A program made the translations under genes and the position numbers. From assembly GCA_951406725.2 (NCBI GenBank), contig OX597821.1:63736001-63800000 (forward strand): 64,000 nt of DNA, read 5' to 3'. The stretch's first letter is position 1. Each line of letters starts with the position of its first letter. Below, in pieces: positions 42,421 to 56,639 of this stretch. The notes beneath the pieces are model-generated. The model worked only from the letters and a program-made list of their open reading frames with translations, made no database searches and had not been told where the DNA came from. This DNA comes from Octopus vulgaris (taxonomy: Eukaryota).

Positions 42421-43684
42421 TGTAAACCGGGTATGTTACGACACACGAATTGGAAAGTAACAATACCCAACTGAATTCGTTTAAGATATAAATATTCTCC
42501 AGGATATCTTGCACACACTTCTATAATTTCTTCTTTCTTTAGCAACATCATTATTAAGATAAATTCTGACTTAAAACGTATAACTTAATATCAGTTTTAC
42601 TACAGCAAAAGTGATATGTTTATTACGTTAACAGTTCACTATATCTCTGCCACTATCATAAATTTGTCTAACAATATATAACGATGCACACATGATAGTG
42701 AAAATGAAACGCTATCATCAGAATTGTTTGAACGCTCTATTGTGTATCAAACACTATGCGCAATAGTCATTTCTACTCGACTCTTTATGAATACATTCCT
42801 CTCAATTTCCGGGTGATATTGGTGAGTCTTTTGATATTGTCTCAGATTTTTTCCTCCTGGAAACGTGGATCAAATGAAACCCCCGAGTAAATTAATCATT
42901 TTACCTGTCAATCAAACGACAACATAGTGTTCTATGGACATGGAAACTGCAGAGGGGAATTAGAAATCCAGTATTTATACAAACTCGAGAAACATATCAA
43001 TTGAATTCCAAAGCATGAAAAGAAAATAACAACCTTATATAAGGAAGTATCATTTAGGCTATTAACCACGCAAATTTCTAAAGGTCATTGCAATAATTTT
43101 CAGAAATCAAGTTAAATTAATAATTTTAATAATTTATCCTAATGAATTCAAAGGTTATAAATATCAATGTGCTTCTTTGTAAGGCATATATAAAAATTTA
43201 GCACATCGAGCGATTCCGTTCAAATAAGTAACATCAAGTAGCATTTATAAACAGATGTATCATGCTATGGAAAGCAAATGTAGAAAGTAAAGGAAAAAAA
43301 TTCAGTAACAAAGTGAGAATAAATAGCATACTGCAAAACGCCAGCGGAGCAGATTTTCTGATACTGAGAAAAGAGGCATATTTCAACAACATATTTCCTT
43401 TCCACGACGTATAGAATGTTTGAGAAAAGAGTAATATTTCAACTATGCACTTCTTTTATGCAACAGCTGCAATATTCTCTTTAGGCAATTGCAAAGAACA
43501 TAAAACACGCAGAATAAAAACAGAAAACAAAAACAAACACATTAAAAATAGGAAAGGTTCGATAAGAAAAGAATGCTTTTACTTCCAGGAATAACGGGAA
43601 TGGCAATCGAAAAGAAATGATTATCACACACACACACACACACTCATACACACAAACGCACACTTACATTCATACAGTTATATA

Positions 43685-43760
<76 letters not shown>

Positions 43761-43945
43761 TACATTAATATTTATATACAGATATGATCTACTATATAAT
43801 ATATATATATATATATATTATGTATATATACACATGCTTAATACACACATTAATAAATACATAGATACACAAATGCATGCATGCATACATGCATATATAT
43901 ATATATATCTTTTGTAAAGAAGAGAGAGAACGAGTGAGAGAGATC

Positions 43946-43977
<32 letters not shown>

Positions 43978-44549
43978 GAGAGACAGAGAGGGAGAGCACA
44001 AATAGTTGACATTTTCAAAAGAGCCATTTTCATGGAATGGAAACAGCCGTAAAACTCCAATATCACACGTTAACACAAATCCTTTTGTATTTCAAAACCA
44101 TTAGATTTCATTGGAATTGTGTGTAGTTTGAAGGGAACATTATGTATTTCAATTGAGATACATTCAAAATAGTCAACATTTCCATACGTATATAACACTT
44201 CAGCACATGTACTTCCGAATGCATCGGTTCTTATTTACTTTAGATTATATATTTGAGTATTCTTCTTTGTAACAAACAAATACGAATCTGCGTCGGTAGT
44301 AGTACAATGATTTACTTCTAAATCCATATAGATATTGATGCTCAGGAGCTGCGATTATTCATACATAAACTGCATACATTTATTGTCGTATGATTGATAT
44401 GATAAAACAGATAGAATAGTAACTTATACACTTAAAGAATTATCAATAATTATCAATAGTTCACATACTAAGCATTCGATTTATTATATTCATGTTCAGT
44501 AGCTCAATTATTTTAACTGTGGGCGAACGTGAGAAATGAACACTACTGA

Positions 44550-45030
44550 CAATTTGGAAAATTCTATGGGGTTCCAAGAGGAATCGATAAATATTAGTGT
44601 TTATGCAATGATAGCCTTTGATGGTTTCGTATATTGAACTACACATAAATGCAATGAAAACTTTTCAGAAACCGCGAAGTTTTCGCTAACGAGCAATCAT
44701 AAGGCTAAAACATTCCCTTATAGAAATATAGAACGAAGCTTTAATTCCATATTGTATTTATATTTATAACTTCAAATAATAAAAACCACAGTGTATGTTC
44801 GTACGCGTCTATATAAACATGGCGTAGTACCTTCAAAGTAGACATACGCAGAATGAACACCAGCCGGGATGAAGTTTGCCGGTTGGTCAGAGACGGAGGT
44901 AATTGGTAATTACTGACTACCCGATGTGCCGCTCAAAGGCACCAACAGACTGAAGTAGAAGAAGAAGAAGAAGAAGAAGAAAAAGAAGAAGAAGAAGAAG
45001 AAGAAGAAGAAGAAGAAGAAGAAGAAGAAG

Positions 45031-45062
<32 letters not shown>

Positions 45063-45225
45063 GAAGTAGAAGAAGAAGAAGTAGAAGTAGATGAAGAAGA
45101 AGAAGAAGAAGAAGAAGAAGAAGAAGAAGAAGAAGAAGAAGAAGAAGAAGAAGAAGAAGAAGAAGAAGAAGAAGAAGAAGAAGAAGAAGAAGAAGAAGAA
45201 GAAGAAGAAGAAGAAGAAGAAGAAA
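44550..45225 (+). mobile_element. RTE-clade LINE 3' end with long (GAA)n tail
   Basis: TWRSTFKVDIRRMNTSRDEVCRLVRDGGNW*LLTTRC (44817-44930) fits the RTE C-terminal TWR..D..RLAxDRxxW pattern. About 270 bp of (GAA)n follows. Confidence 0.65.
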
Positions 45226-45917
45226 TATGTATACACATACAGGGTTATCTGAAATTTGCAAGGGGATATCCCCGTAAGGAGCAGTTGTTTCAGATAAAGT
45301 ACTGATGTATTACTTTTACCTCTCCGCAAAAAATCTCAAATTTTATTTAATTTGCTTCGAGGGAAAGACTATTTCAACAAGTCGCGTATTGTCTTTACCT
45401 TCGGAACGCGGAGCACACGAAACAAGGACAACTGAAGAAAGGAATATTCCTTGTGTTCCGTTTTTTCGTTGTTTGAAAGAAAGTTCGTTTCCATGTTTTA
45501 GTTTTTATGTTTTCGTTTCTCATTTGGTTCAACGTTTTTTTTTTATGTCCTGTACCCATATATGCGTGTATATAAACATACATATAGGTGTAGGTATGTA
45601 CATATATGTTTGTATATATGCATATATTTATATATTATTTACATTAATATATATATATATAAAAATTATATTTAAGGGTATCTAAAAGATACCACCATGC
45701 TAGATATAACAGCCAAAACTTTAGTCAATAACCACATTCAATGTTCATACAGCACCAGGAGAGAAGTCTTTTAGATACCCTTGATTATAAATTTAATGGT
45801 AATTATTACCTATGAGGTCTTTATTCCCTCACGTGCTAGCCACTTGATATGATCGATATTTTAAATAACGAGCTTATCCTTATTTATATAAACATATATA
45901 CATATATATATATATAT

Positions 45918-46323
45918 AGGCATAGGAGTGGCTGTGTGGTAAGTAGCTTGCTTACGAACTACATGGTTCTGGGTTCAGTTCCACTGCGTGGCACCTTGGG
46001 TGAGTGTCTTCTACTATAGCCTCGGGCCGACCAAAGCTTTGTGAGTGAATTTGGTAGACAGAAACTGAAAGAAGCCTGTCGTATATATGTATATGTATGT
46101 GCGTGTTTGCGTGTCTGTGTTTGTCCCGCAAACATCGCTTGACAACCGATGCTGGTGTGTTTACGCCCCCGTAACTTAGTGGTTCGGCAAAAAAGAGGCC
46201 AATAAAATAAGTACTAGGCTTGCAAAGAATAAGTCTTGGGGTCGATTTGATCGACTAAAGGCGGTGCTCCAGCATGGTCACAGTCACATGACTGAAACGA
46301 GTAAAAGAGTAAAAGAGTAAAGA

Positions 46324-46325
<2 letters not shown>
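45918..46325 (+). mobile_element. SINE family B
   Basis: Full-length, with (GAGTAAAA)n-like tail. Confidence 0.9.
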
Positions 46326-46357
<32 letters not shown>

Positions 46358-46384
46358 CAGTTTTATTAATAAAGTGTCTATCAA

Positions 46385-46455
<71 letters not shown>

Positions 46456-46784
46456 TTACTTTATTAATAAAAATGCAAAAATATAATAAAAATTGTTACT
46501 TAGAATTTAACATTCCAATTTTCGTTGAGAATTCGTCATTCTCAACCAAAACTGTCCGACAGACAGGGACGGGGAAATCTGAGTAATAGTTTTTGCTATG
46601 TCTTTACAGCTTTATTAACAAAGTATATTACTCTACGTCCGGTATTCGAGTACTATTTTATTCACCTCATTTCACATTTTTGTGCATACGGTGGTATATG
46701 TATATATATATTTATATATATGTATGTATATGTATATATATATGTGTGTGTTTGTGTGTGTGTTTATATATATACATTCTTTTT

Positions 46785-47466
46785 AGATGACAATACTATA
46801 CGGCCAGATTCATACCACACACATATACATATACACACACACACACACAAATGGCTTTCTATTTATCTATCTATTCTTTTATTCTTTTATTTTTTCAGTC
46901 ATTTGACAGCGGCCATGCTGGACGCACACTCATTGGAGCTTTGGGAAAAATGCCTTCTGATGTTCGTACTGTCTCTTTACATTTTATGTTGATATATGTT
47001 TTCACAAACAAATTTTGTGTAACCGATACATAGTAGACAATTAAACATTTAGTAAAATATGTAACTTACAATCCGGGTTCAGAATTCAAAGTTTCATACC
47101 AAGGAATGGAATCTATGATATTATTCCCTTCAGAAACCTGCAGAAAATAATTACCTGCAAAAGCTGTATAATTTGAAATGGCCGCCATGTTCCACTTGTG
47201 CACGCCAAGAAGAGTTATATAGCATAAAGAATATTTTGGCGTGGGTGACTACTATATAGAATAGGCGAAGTTGTAGGTGTCATTGTATCTGTTAGATACT
47301 GAAAAATTGATTTAAAACCGAAGGTATTATATACATAGCTATATATACGCATACATACAAACACATAAATACATACATACCATGCATACATACATGTGTA
47401 CATGCATGCATGCATGCATGCACACTTACATACATGCATAAATGTATACATGTATACATGGCTGCA

Positions 47467-47513
<47 letters not shown>

Positions 47514-48526
47514 GTGTATGCATGCATACATGTAGAATACATACATATATACACATATTACTTTGATTACAGATGGCAATACTATACGGCCAGATTCATA
47601 CCACACACATATACATATACACACACACACAAACAAATGGCTTTCTATTTATCTATCAATACTTTTATTCTTTTATTTTTTCAGTCATTTGACAGCGGCC
47701 ATGCTGGACGCACACTCATTGGAGCTTCGGGAAAAATGCCTTCTGATGTTCTTACTGTCTCTTTGCGTTTTATGTTGGTATATGTTTTCACGAACAAATT
47801 TTGTGTAACCGATACATAGAAGACAATTAAACATTTAGTAAAATATGAAACTTACAGTCCGGGTTCAGAATTCAAAGTTTCATACCAAGGAATGGAATCT
47901 AAGGTAATATTATTCCCGTTTGAGAAACCTGCAGAAAATAATTACCTGCAAAGGCTGTATAATTTGAAATGGCCGCCATGTTCCGTTTGTGCACGCCAAT
48001 AAGAGTTATATGGCATAAAGAATATTTTGGCGTGGGTGACTACTATAAAGAATAGGCGAAGTTGTGAAGAAGTAGTGCAGTTTTAGAAAATTTGTAGGTG
48101 TCATTGTATCTGTTAGATACTGAAAAATTGATTTAAAACCGAAGGTATTATATACATAGCTATATATACGCATACATACAAACACATAAATACATACATA
48201 CCATGCATGCATACATGTGTACATGCATGCATGCACACTTACATACATGCATAAATGTATACATGTATATAAGGCGGCGGGCTAGCAGAAACGTAATCGC
48301 GCCGAGCTAAATACTTAGCGGTATTTTGTCTGACGTTATGCTCTGAGTTCAAATTCCGCCGATCGGTAGACTTGCCTTTCATCCTTTCGGGGTCGATAAA
48401 TAAAGGACCATTTTCGCACTGGGGTCGATATAATCGACTTAATCCATTTGTCTGTCCTTGTTTGTCCCCTCTATATTTAGCCCCTTGTGGGTAGTAAAGA
48501 AATATATACATGTATGCATGGCTGCA

Positions 48527-48571
<45 letters not shown>

Positions 48572-48641
48572 TGTGTATGTATGTATGTATGCATGCATAC
48601 ATGTAGAATACATACATAAATACACATATTACTTTGATTAC
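46785..48641. repeat. Tandem duplication of a ~785-bp unit (46785-47570; 47571-48641)
   Basis: Both units start AGATG(A/G)CAATACTATACGGCCAG and end ACACATATTACTTTGATTAC. Confidence 0.92.
48271..48503 (+). mobile_element. SINE family A inserted in copy 2 of the duplication
   Basis: Absent from copy 1. Flanked by a ~16-bp duplication AAAT(G/A)TATACATGTAT. Confidence 0.9.
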
Positions 48642-49249
48642 TGGAGAAACAAGTCAATTTCTTCAGACAAATACATAACTTGAGCACCAGAGAAAAATGT
48701 GTTAAGTTCTGTAAGATGAATGTAAAGGTTAGAATTAGAGGTAAACAAAGAAAGACATAAACAGTGACGGCATAACTGTGGTCAATAACTGTTGAAGACA
48801 TTGTGCTAGACTGTATACATCTGTATATTCTGTAATGGCAAGATAGAAGTAAAAGTTATTAACGATTGAAGTACGAAGGATTGTGCAAGTTTTGTGGAAA
48901 GCAGCTGTGTATCAACGCCTTTCAGATAATAGGGTGTCATTTTACAACTCCTGCGTGTATCTTTTATACGTAGTCAGACACTTCTATATTTCACTAGCAA
49001 AGATAAATTAAGATATCAAGGTAATAAACATTTCACTTTGAACTAAAAGTTGGTATAATGTTTCATGTTTTAAGTTAGAAATATATCTTAATATTTATGT
49101 TCTTAAAGAATGAAAGAATTTCACATTGTGTGTAAGTTTTTGTGGTTGATATTTGTATCTTAAACTTATTAAATTCGGTGACGGTATGTCTTTCGAAATT
49201 TTCAGCGAATTTTTCTCAGCGTATTCAATGTTTCAATAAAAAATTTTTT

Positions 49250-50135
49250 TAAAAACGGTATAACTCAAAGAAACAGCGATCAGTCGTGTTTATAGGACAG
49301 TAGTAAACAACACCCACTTAAACACGTGTTTACAAGTACGTACAGGTTTGTTTGTAAATCATCATTCAACGTATTCAAATACTGGAGTTTCAGTGTACGT
49401 ATTCCGTAGCGGTGATGAGAGCCTTGAAGATGAAGAAGGTAGAGGACGCTCATGCAGTCTTGGCAATAAACAATTGAAAGCAATTGTTGAACAAAACTAA
49501 CATTGAGGCGTGAAAGAAATGTCTCAGGTACTTCGTGTCGGTATTACACCGGTCTCATGCAATCTGCAGAAGATTGGTAAGATGAAAAAGCTCGATAAAT
49601 GGGTACCGTATGAGCTCAATGAAAATCCAAATGTTCGGCGTTTTGAAGTGTGCTCGATGCTCTTTCTGCGAAACACCAATGATTTGTTTCTTGACAGAAT
49701 AGTGACGTATGGCGAAAAGTGGATCCTTTATGATAACAGTAAACGATCAGGTCAATGGCTTGATCGTGATGAGTCCCCCAAACATATCCCAAAGACAAAG
49801 TTTCATCAGCAAAAGACTGTGGTGAGTGTCTGGTGGTCAGCAATTGGTGTTTTCCATTACAGCTTTTTGGAAGCCAATCAGAGCATTACTCTAGAAGCCA
49901 GTCAGAGCTGCAGAAACTCACAGATTTGGGATACGAGATTTTACTACATCCTCCATATTCTCCCAATCTTTCACCCACTGACTACCATTTTTAAGCATTT
50001 AAACACGTGTTTAAGGGATAAAACTTTCAGGTCCAAACCAGAGGTTGAATCAGCTTTCAAAGATTTCTTAGCATCAAAGCCAATAAGTGTTTATCATTGA
50101 AGCATAAATAATCTCGTTGATCGATGGCAGAGGCG
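49250..50135 (+). pseudogene. Decayed mariner transposase
   Basis: KLDKWVPYEL (WVPHEL motif), FLDRIVTYGEKWILYDN, frameshifted HPPYSPNLSPTDY (YSPDLAP motif). Internal deletion. Confidence 0.9.
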
Positions 50136-50136
50136 C

Positions 50137-50233
<97 letters not shown>

Positions 50234-51388
50234 CATGTATATTCAGAGACGTGTCTAAGTCATTGACTTATCAGAGCTGTTTCCCTTAACGCAATTTTGT
50301 ATTCTATTACGCCAATCTCTTCAGGCAAAAATTTTCCATACCACTTTTTTTCATGTTTTGTCCGACGTACCATGCTAATGTTCGCCTGCAAAGAGTTGCC
50401 TCTTCAGGGTTATAAATCCCACTGAAATATCCGAGTATATTTTTGCAGCTATAGATCCTTTGCCTAATTTTACAACAACCTTGATCTAATCGCATTCACT
50501 GAGCAATATAACAAATATTTTTTTCAGTCGTACATATTCAACAGGTTTTAGTTCCATTTCTGAAAGGGATTTAAATCTCCCATTTAATGTCAAATGCATT
50601 AAACATGAAATGGTTAATCTCTTCGGTCTTATAATCCCTAACTTCTTGAAATATCTAATTACTGCCATATCAACATAACATCTGCGATCCGTATTTCGAT
50701 TTCACTTAAAAACGCCAAATTCTTCTTCACAGATATTTCATTAGATAACTAATTCACAGACTGATATTTTGTTCCTACATAAGCAATATAGCTCAGCTGC
50801 TTTCGTCACACTAATTGTTGTTCATAATAATTACTACAACGAAATAGCTTAACATATTACTTGTTAATCTATAGTGTGGTTTTGTGTAAGTTCAGCTCAA
50901 TAATTTTTCTGTTGTCATGTTGTTTCTATCATAACGCAATACAAAGAAATATACAAATGATAATACATATGACATAACATCTGTGCAAATTGCTTCGGTA
51001 TGTCATTATTTACGACAAATTCTTATGTACGCTTCTTTTTCTTGTTTCTCTCAATTTTAATTTGCTTCTTAAAGTTCACACCAACGTTCTTCCTTATTAA
51101 ATAAGCTAGATAACAATTATCGTGAAAGTTTAACTGTTCATCATTTTCACTTGGCTCTATATGTGTATCTGTGTGTGTGTGCGTGAGAGAGAGATAGAGA
51201 CAGAAGAAGAGTGAGTATGTACATATATATATATATGTGTGTGTGAGTGTGTGTGTGTATGTGTGTTTGTGTGTGTAAGTGTGTTCATGCATACAAACAT
51301 GATTTGTTTGCATGCTAAAATATTTTCAACGTTTCTAACTACACAATATTATCTACACACGTTCAAATATATATGTATACATGGGCAC

Positions 51389-51437
<49 letters not shown>

Positions 51438-51445
51438 CATGTATG

Positions 51446-51518
<73 letters not shown>

Positions 51519-51849
51519 GTATCTATGTATGTATTTCATAGCATTAGCCAGCTTAAGGGAATTTATCCACTTCAAGCTATACATAATATGTAACGAGTTA
51601 CGTGCAATAATATGACCTTTCCTCTGGGCATGCTGAAGCGGAAATTAACATCGTCATTTCAAATTATTCGTACAACCTGTGTGAGGATGGCTCATACTTT
51701 ATGTGTATGTCACCTAAAGATTGCTACAAATTCCATTCCAAGACATAGTAAATTTATGAACCATAGTGGCTGTAAGTACTAAACACGTACACTATATATA
51801 TATATATACATTCTTTTATTCATTTATTCTTTTATTCTTTTAATTGCTC

Positions 51850-52545
51850 TAGTCATTTGATTGTGGCCATGCTGGAGTACCAACTATAGTCGAACAAATG
51901 GACAACAGGACGTATTCTTTGTAAGCCTAGTACTTATCAGTCGTTTTTGCCGAACCGCTAGGCAACGGGAACATAAGCACATCAGCATCGGTTGTCAAGT
52001 GATGGTGGGGGAACAAACACAGACACACAAATACATGCATGTATATACATATACACATATATTCGCGCGCGCGCGCACACACACACATATTTGTATGAAT
52101 GTATAAAGAGAGAGATAGAGGCAGAGAGACAGACAGACAGACTGGAGGAGAGAGGCCCAGGTGTGGCTGTGTAGCAAGAAGCTTCCTCCCAAACCACATG
52201 GTTCAGAGTTAACTCCCACTGCGTTGCACCTTCGGCAAGTGCCTTCTACTATAGCTTCTGGTTGGCCAAAGCTTTGTGAATTGATTTTGTAGACGGAAAC
52301 TGAAAGAAGCCCGTCGTATATAATTTATATTTATGTGTGTATGCCTTTGTGTCTGTGTTTACTACCCCCCCTCTACCATCGTTTGTCCCCACACCGATGA
52401 TGGTGTGTTCGACAAAAGACACCAATAGAAAAAGTACTAGGATTGCAAAGAGTAAGACTTCTGGTCGATTTCTTCTACTAAAACACTTTAAGGCAAGTGT
52501 TCCAGCATGGTCGCAGTGAAATAACTAAAACAAGAAAAAGAATAA
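51850..52545. mobile_element. Two family B SINEs (51850-52060 -, 52153-52545 +)
   Basis: Family B motifs in opposite orientations. Confidence 0.8.
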
Positions 52546-52584
52546 AAGAATATAAGAATAAATGTATATAAATGTATATATATT

Positions 52585-52644
<60 letters not shown>

Positions 52645-52652
<8 letters not shown>

Positions 52653-53468
52653 ATATTTCGGAATGGTCATATTGCCAGTTTAGCCAATAAAAACACACGC
52701 ACTATATATTTGGTGTTATTTTGCTTCAGTGATATTTATTTTTTACATTAATCTTAATCTTATTTCGGCCAAAGTTCTTTCGTCACACTCCTGTGACCGC
52801 ATCAGTGGTCCTTTGTTTTCTTCTCACTTACTTGTGTCTCTCCTTACTAACCGTCAGCCATTTTGTATTTCTATTGTATGTCTTCATTTGCGCATGCTTA
52901 TATCTCTATGTGCGTCTATGTTTATTTAGTGTGTGTGTGGGGGGGATGCCTGTAATATTTGTATCTTCTGGTTATATACATTCTTGTAATTTGTATTTTG
53001 TTTTTGTTGTTGTTGCTTTTGTTCTAATTTTGTTCATGTGTTTACATCCACCTATTATTATCATTACATATGCTTGTATGTATGTATAACAACAATATTA
53101 GTAATAATAATAATAAATCTAATCGAAAAAAAAAAAAAAAAAAAATTAGATTTTTTTTTCGATTAGATTTATTATTATTATTACTAATATTGTTGTTATA
53201 CATACATACAAGCATATGTAATGATAATAATAGGTGGATGTAAACACATGAACAAAATTAGAACAAAAGCAACAACAACAAAAACAAAATACAAATTAGA
53301 AGAATGTATATAACCAGAAGATACAAATATATATATATATATATATATGATATATATAAGATTAATGTAAAAAATAAATATCACTGAAGCAAAATAACAC
53401 CAAATATATAGTGCGTGTGTTTTTATTGGCTAAACTGGCAATATGACCATTCCGAAATATAACAATAT
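52645..53468. mobile_element. Near-perfect fold-back of a PLE-like 3' end; hammerhead-like motif in the left arm only
   Basis: 52645-52756 and 52955-53125 are inverted at 53160-53468. Segment 52757-52954 is absent from the right arm. Motif at 52767-52811 (-). Confidence 0.8.
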
Positions 53469-53521
53469 CTGTTTCAACACACGACTTCACATAAAAAATC
53501 TTGCACAACAAATATTTAAAC

Positions 53522-53560
<39 letters not shown>

Positions 53561-53563
<3 letters not shown>

Positions 53564-53950
53564 CGGAGTAGTGGCAGTGCGGTAAATAGCTTGCTTAACA
53601 ACCACACGGTCCCGGGTTCAGTCCCACTGCGTGACTCTTTGGGCAAATGCCTTTTACTATTGCCTCGGGCTGACGAAAGCCTTCTCAGTGGATTTGATAG
53701 ACGGAAACTGAAAGAATCCCATCGTATATGTGTGTATCTGTGTGTTTGTCTGTCTGTCTGTCTGTATCTGTCCGCCCACCATCGCTTGACAACTGATGCT
53801 GGCGTGTTTATGTCTTCGTACGCTAGCGGTTCGGCAAAAGATATCAATAAAATAAATACTAGGCTTACAAAGAATAAGTGCTGAGGTCGATTTGTTGGAC
53901 TAAAGGTGGTGCTCCAGAATGGTCGCAGTCCAATGACTGAGAGAAATAAA
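53561..53950 (+). mobile_element. SINE family B
   Basis: Family B motifs. Confidence 0.88.
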
Positions 53951-54303
53951 GGAATAGAGAATATACATATACATATATGTATATAATATTACATTATATT
54001 ATTATATTATATTATATTATATTATATTATATTATATTATATTATATATCACATATATATATATAATTTATATTTCCTGTCTCAGTCGTTAGATTACGGT
54101 ACGGCCATGCTGGGGCACCATTTTAAGGCATTGTAGTTGAACATATCGGCCTCAACACATATTTGCTAAGCTTGGTAATTATTTCATCAATGACTTTTGC
54201 CGTGCCGCTATGTTACAGAGACATATACACACCATCAACGAATGTCAAGCTATGGTGAAGGACAAGCAAATATACGAAGACATTCACACACATACACCCT
54301 CCC

Positions 54304-54347
<44 letters not shown>

Positions 54348-54779
54348 TTATATATATACGATGGGCTTCTTTCAGTTTCCGTGTAACAAATCCACACACA
54401 AACTTCCTACCACAAATTCACATTCATATATATGCGTATGCGCACGTGTGTGCCTGTCCTTCTGGGTAAAGGATGGGTTTCCATTTAAAAGGGAGTAGTC
54501 GAATCGAGTCTATAGTTGATGGCACTTTTGCAAATGCGACGATGTGTGTAAAGAACGACTAACGTAACCACGTGAGCAAACTCATATTTTTTTATCTTCA
54601 CTGTCAGTAGGTAAAGCACGTTATACGGGCTATTCCATGAGATATACAGGATTTCGTATATCTCATGGAATTGTGGGTCCGCTCCTGAAAACTTCCGTTC
54701 TCAGTTGTTGATACGGTCAATTTTTTTTTTGAAGACCACAAGTAGATAACAATTAAAGTCTCGCCCCTCACTTTCTCTT

Positions 54780-54863
<84 letters not shown>

Positions 54864-54867
<4 letters not shown>

Positions 54868-55268
54868 CGTAGGAGTGGCTGTGTGCTAAGTAGCTTGCTT
54901 ACGAACCACATGGTTCCGGGTCCAGTCCCACTGCGTGGCACCTTGGGCAAGTGGCTTCTATCATAGCCTTGGGCCCACCAAAGCCTTATGGGTGGATTTC
55001 GTAGACGGAAACTGAAAGAATCCCATTGTATATGTATATGTGTATATGTATATATATGTATGTGTGTGTATATATGTTTGTGTGTCTGTGTTTGTCGCTT
55101 GACAACCGATGCTGGTGTGTTTACGTCCCCGTAACTTAGCGGTTCTGCAAAAGAGACTGATAGAATAAGTACTAGGCTTACAAAGAATAAGTCCTGGGGT
55201 CGATTTGCTCGACTAAAGGCGGCGCTCCAGCATGGCCGCATTCTAATGACTGAAACAAGTAAAAGAGT
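54864..55268 (+). mobile_element. SINE family B
   Basis: Full-length family B match. Confidence 0.9.
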
Positions 55269-55744
55269 ATATGTATTTATATATGCATCTCACCACGTTG
55301 TCCAACATAACGACATTCGTCGATATGTCTTTGTACCGGTGTCAGAGTGTAAAGACATAGAACATAACCCTCCCATATCATCCCGTTCGACACGATTATA
55401 CATCCACCTTACCACTATACTCCATTGGTACATCACTTATCGATCTCCAAACAATGAGAGAAGAGTTGTCTGTGGAGAGATTTGACCTCACTGCGAAAGA
55501 GCATAAGCTATTACCGTCAGGCATTCTATTCACCCCTTTTACTGTTTTTCGTTTTTCAAAAGACGACGATGTGCATGTAAGTTAATTTTCAGACAATGCT
55601 TTCAGACAATTATTTCCTCTCTTTCTTTGAATGTTGCTACCAAATGCTGGTAGGTTTTCTTTTCGCATCAAATAAGAAATTTTCAATCAATATTTTCGTG
55701 TATAGCATTCAGTTTATCACTTGCTGAACTATTTATCCAGATTA

Positions 55745-56170
55745 AAGCGGTGACTCTGCGAAATCGGCAGTACGCCAACTAGAATGCTTAGTAGCATTTT
55801 GACCGTCTTTACGTTGTGAGTTCACATTCCACCGAGATCGACTCAGCAAATCGGGATCGATGAAGTAAGCACCTGCTAAACATTGAGGTGGATGTAATCG
55901 ATTTACTCTTGAAACTACTGGCCTTGGGACAAAATGTGAAACCAACATAATTATCCAGACAAAGCCGGCGAGCTGGTAGAGTCGTAAGTACGCCATACAA
56001 ATCTCTTATTACTATTTGGTTCGTCTTTACGTTCTGAGTTCAAGTCCCACCAAAGTCCACTTCCCCATCCATCTTTCAAGGGTCGATAAACCAAGTACCA
56101 GTAGAGCATTGTGGCTGATGTAATCGACACCCCCGCCCCCGAAATTGATGGCCTTGAACCAAAATTTGAA
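55745..56170. mobile_element. Two diverged family A SINEs (55745-55940 -, 55965-56170 +)
   Basis: CGGCGAGCTGGTAGAGTCGTAAG head and central domain on +; RC features on -. Confidence 0.7.
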
Positions 56171-56639
56171 ACGAATATATCTATCCAAAATCACGCCAGT
56201 CAGCTAGTTGAGTTATTTCCCTTACCATATTTATATATGCAAATAAATAGCTTTAGAAATATTCGTAACTCATTTCCTATACGTTAGTAAAAAACATATT
56301 TTTCTAGCAATTAAGTATGCTTGAATAGAACTTAGTATACCAACGAGTCAGTTGCTAACTAAAATCCAATTAGCGAAAAATTTACTTCCGATGTCTGCTA
56401 TGCGCAATTATAGGAATAAACGAACAGCTTTGCTTGGAGGTCCTTCAGCAGAGATATTCACTATTACTATGATTATCCATCTGTCTCACTATCTACATGC
56501 ATATCTTCTTTCATATGTTAGATCTAACTTTCACGTATACAATTATCTACCCGTTTCCCACTTTCTTATTTCTCCTCATTCTGTGTCTGGGCAAGCGTGT
56601 TTCCGTGTATATATATAGACAGAATTCACAAAAAAAAAA

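Noticed and set aside
44853-44898. Apparent first exon MNTSRDEVCRLVRDG|GTAATT after TATATAAACATGGCG
   Set aside because: It is in frame with TWRSTFKVDIRR upstream and followed by (GAA)n, so an RTE LINE C-terminus explains it better.
45400-45460. CTGAAGA plus a stem near GAAAC (also ~2885) as a hammerhead
   Set aside because: Element order and stems I/III could not be closed convincingly.
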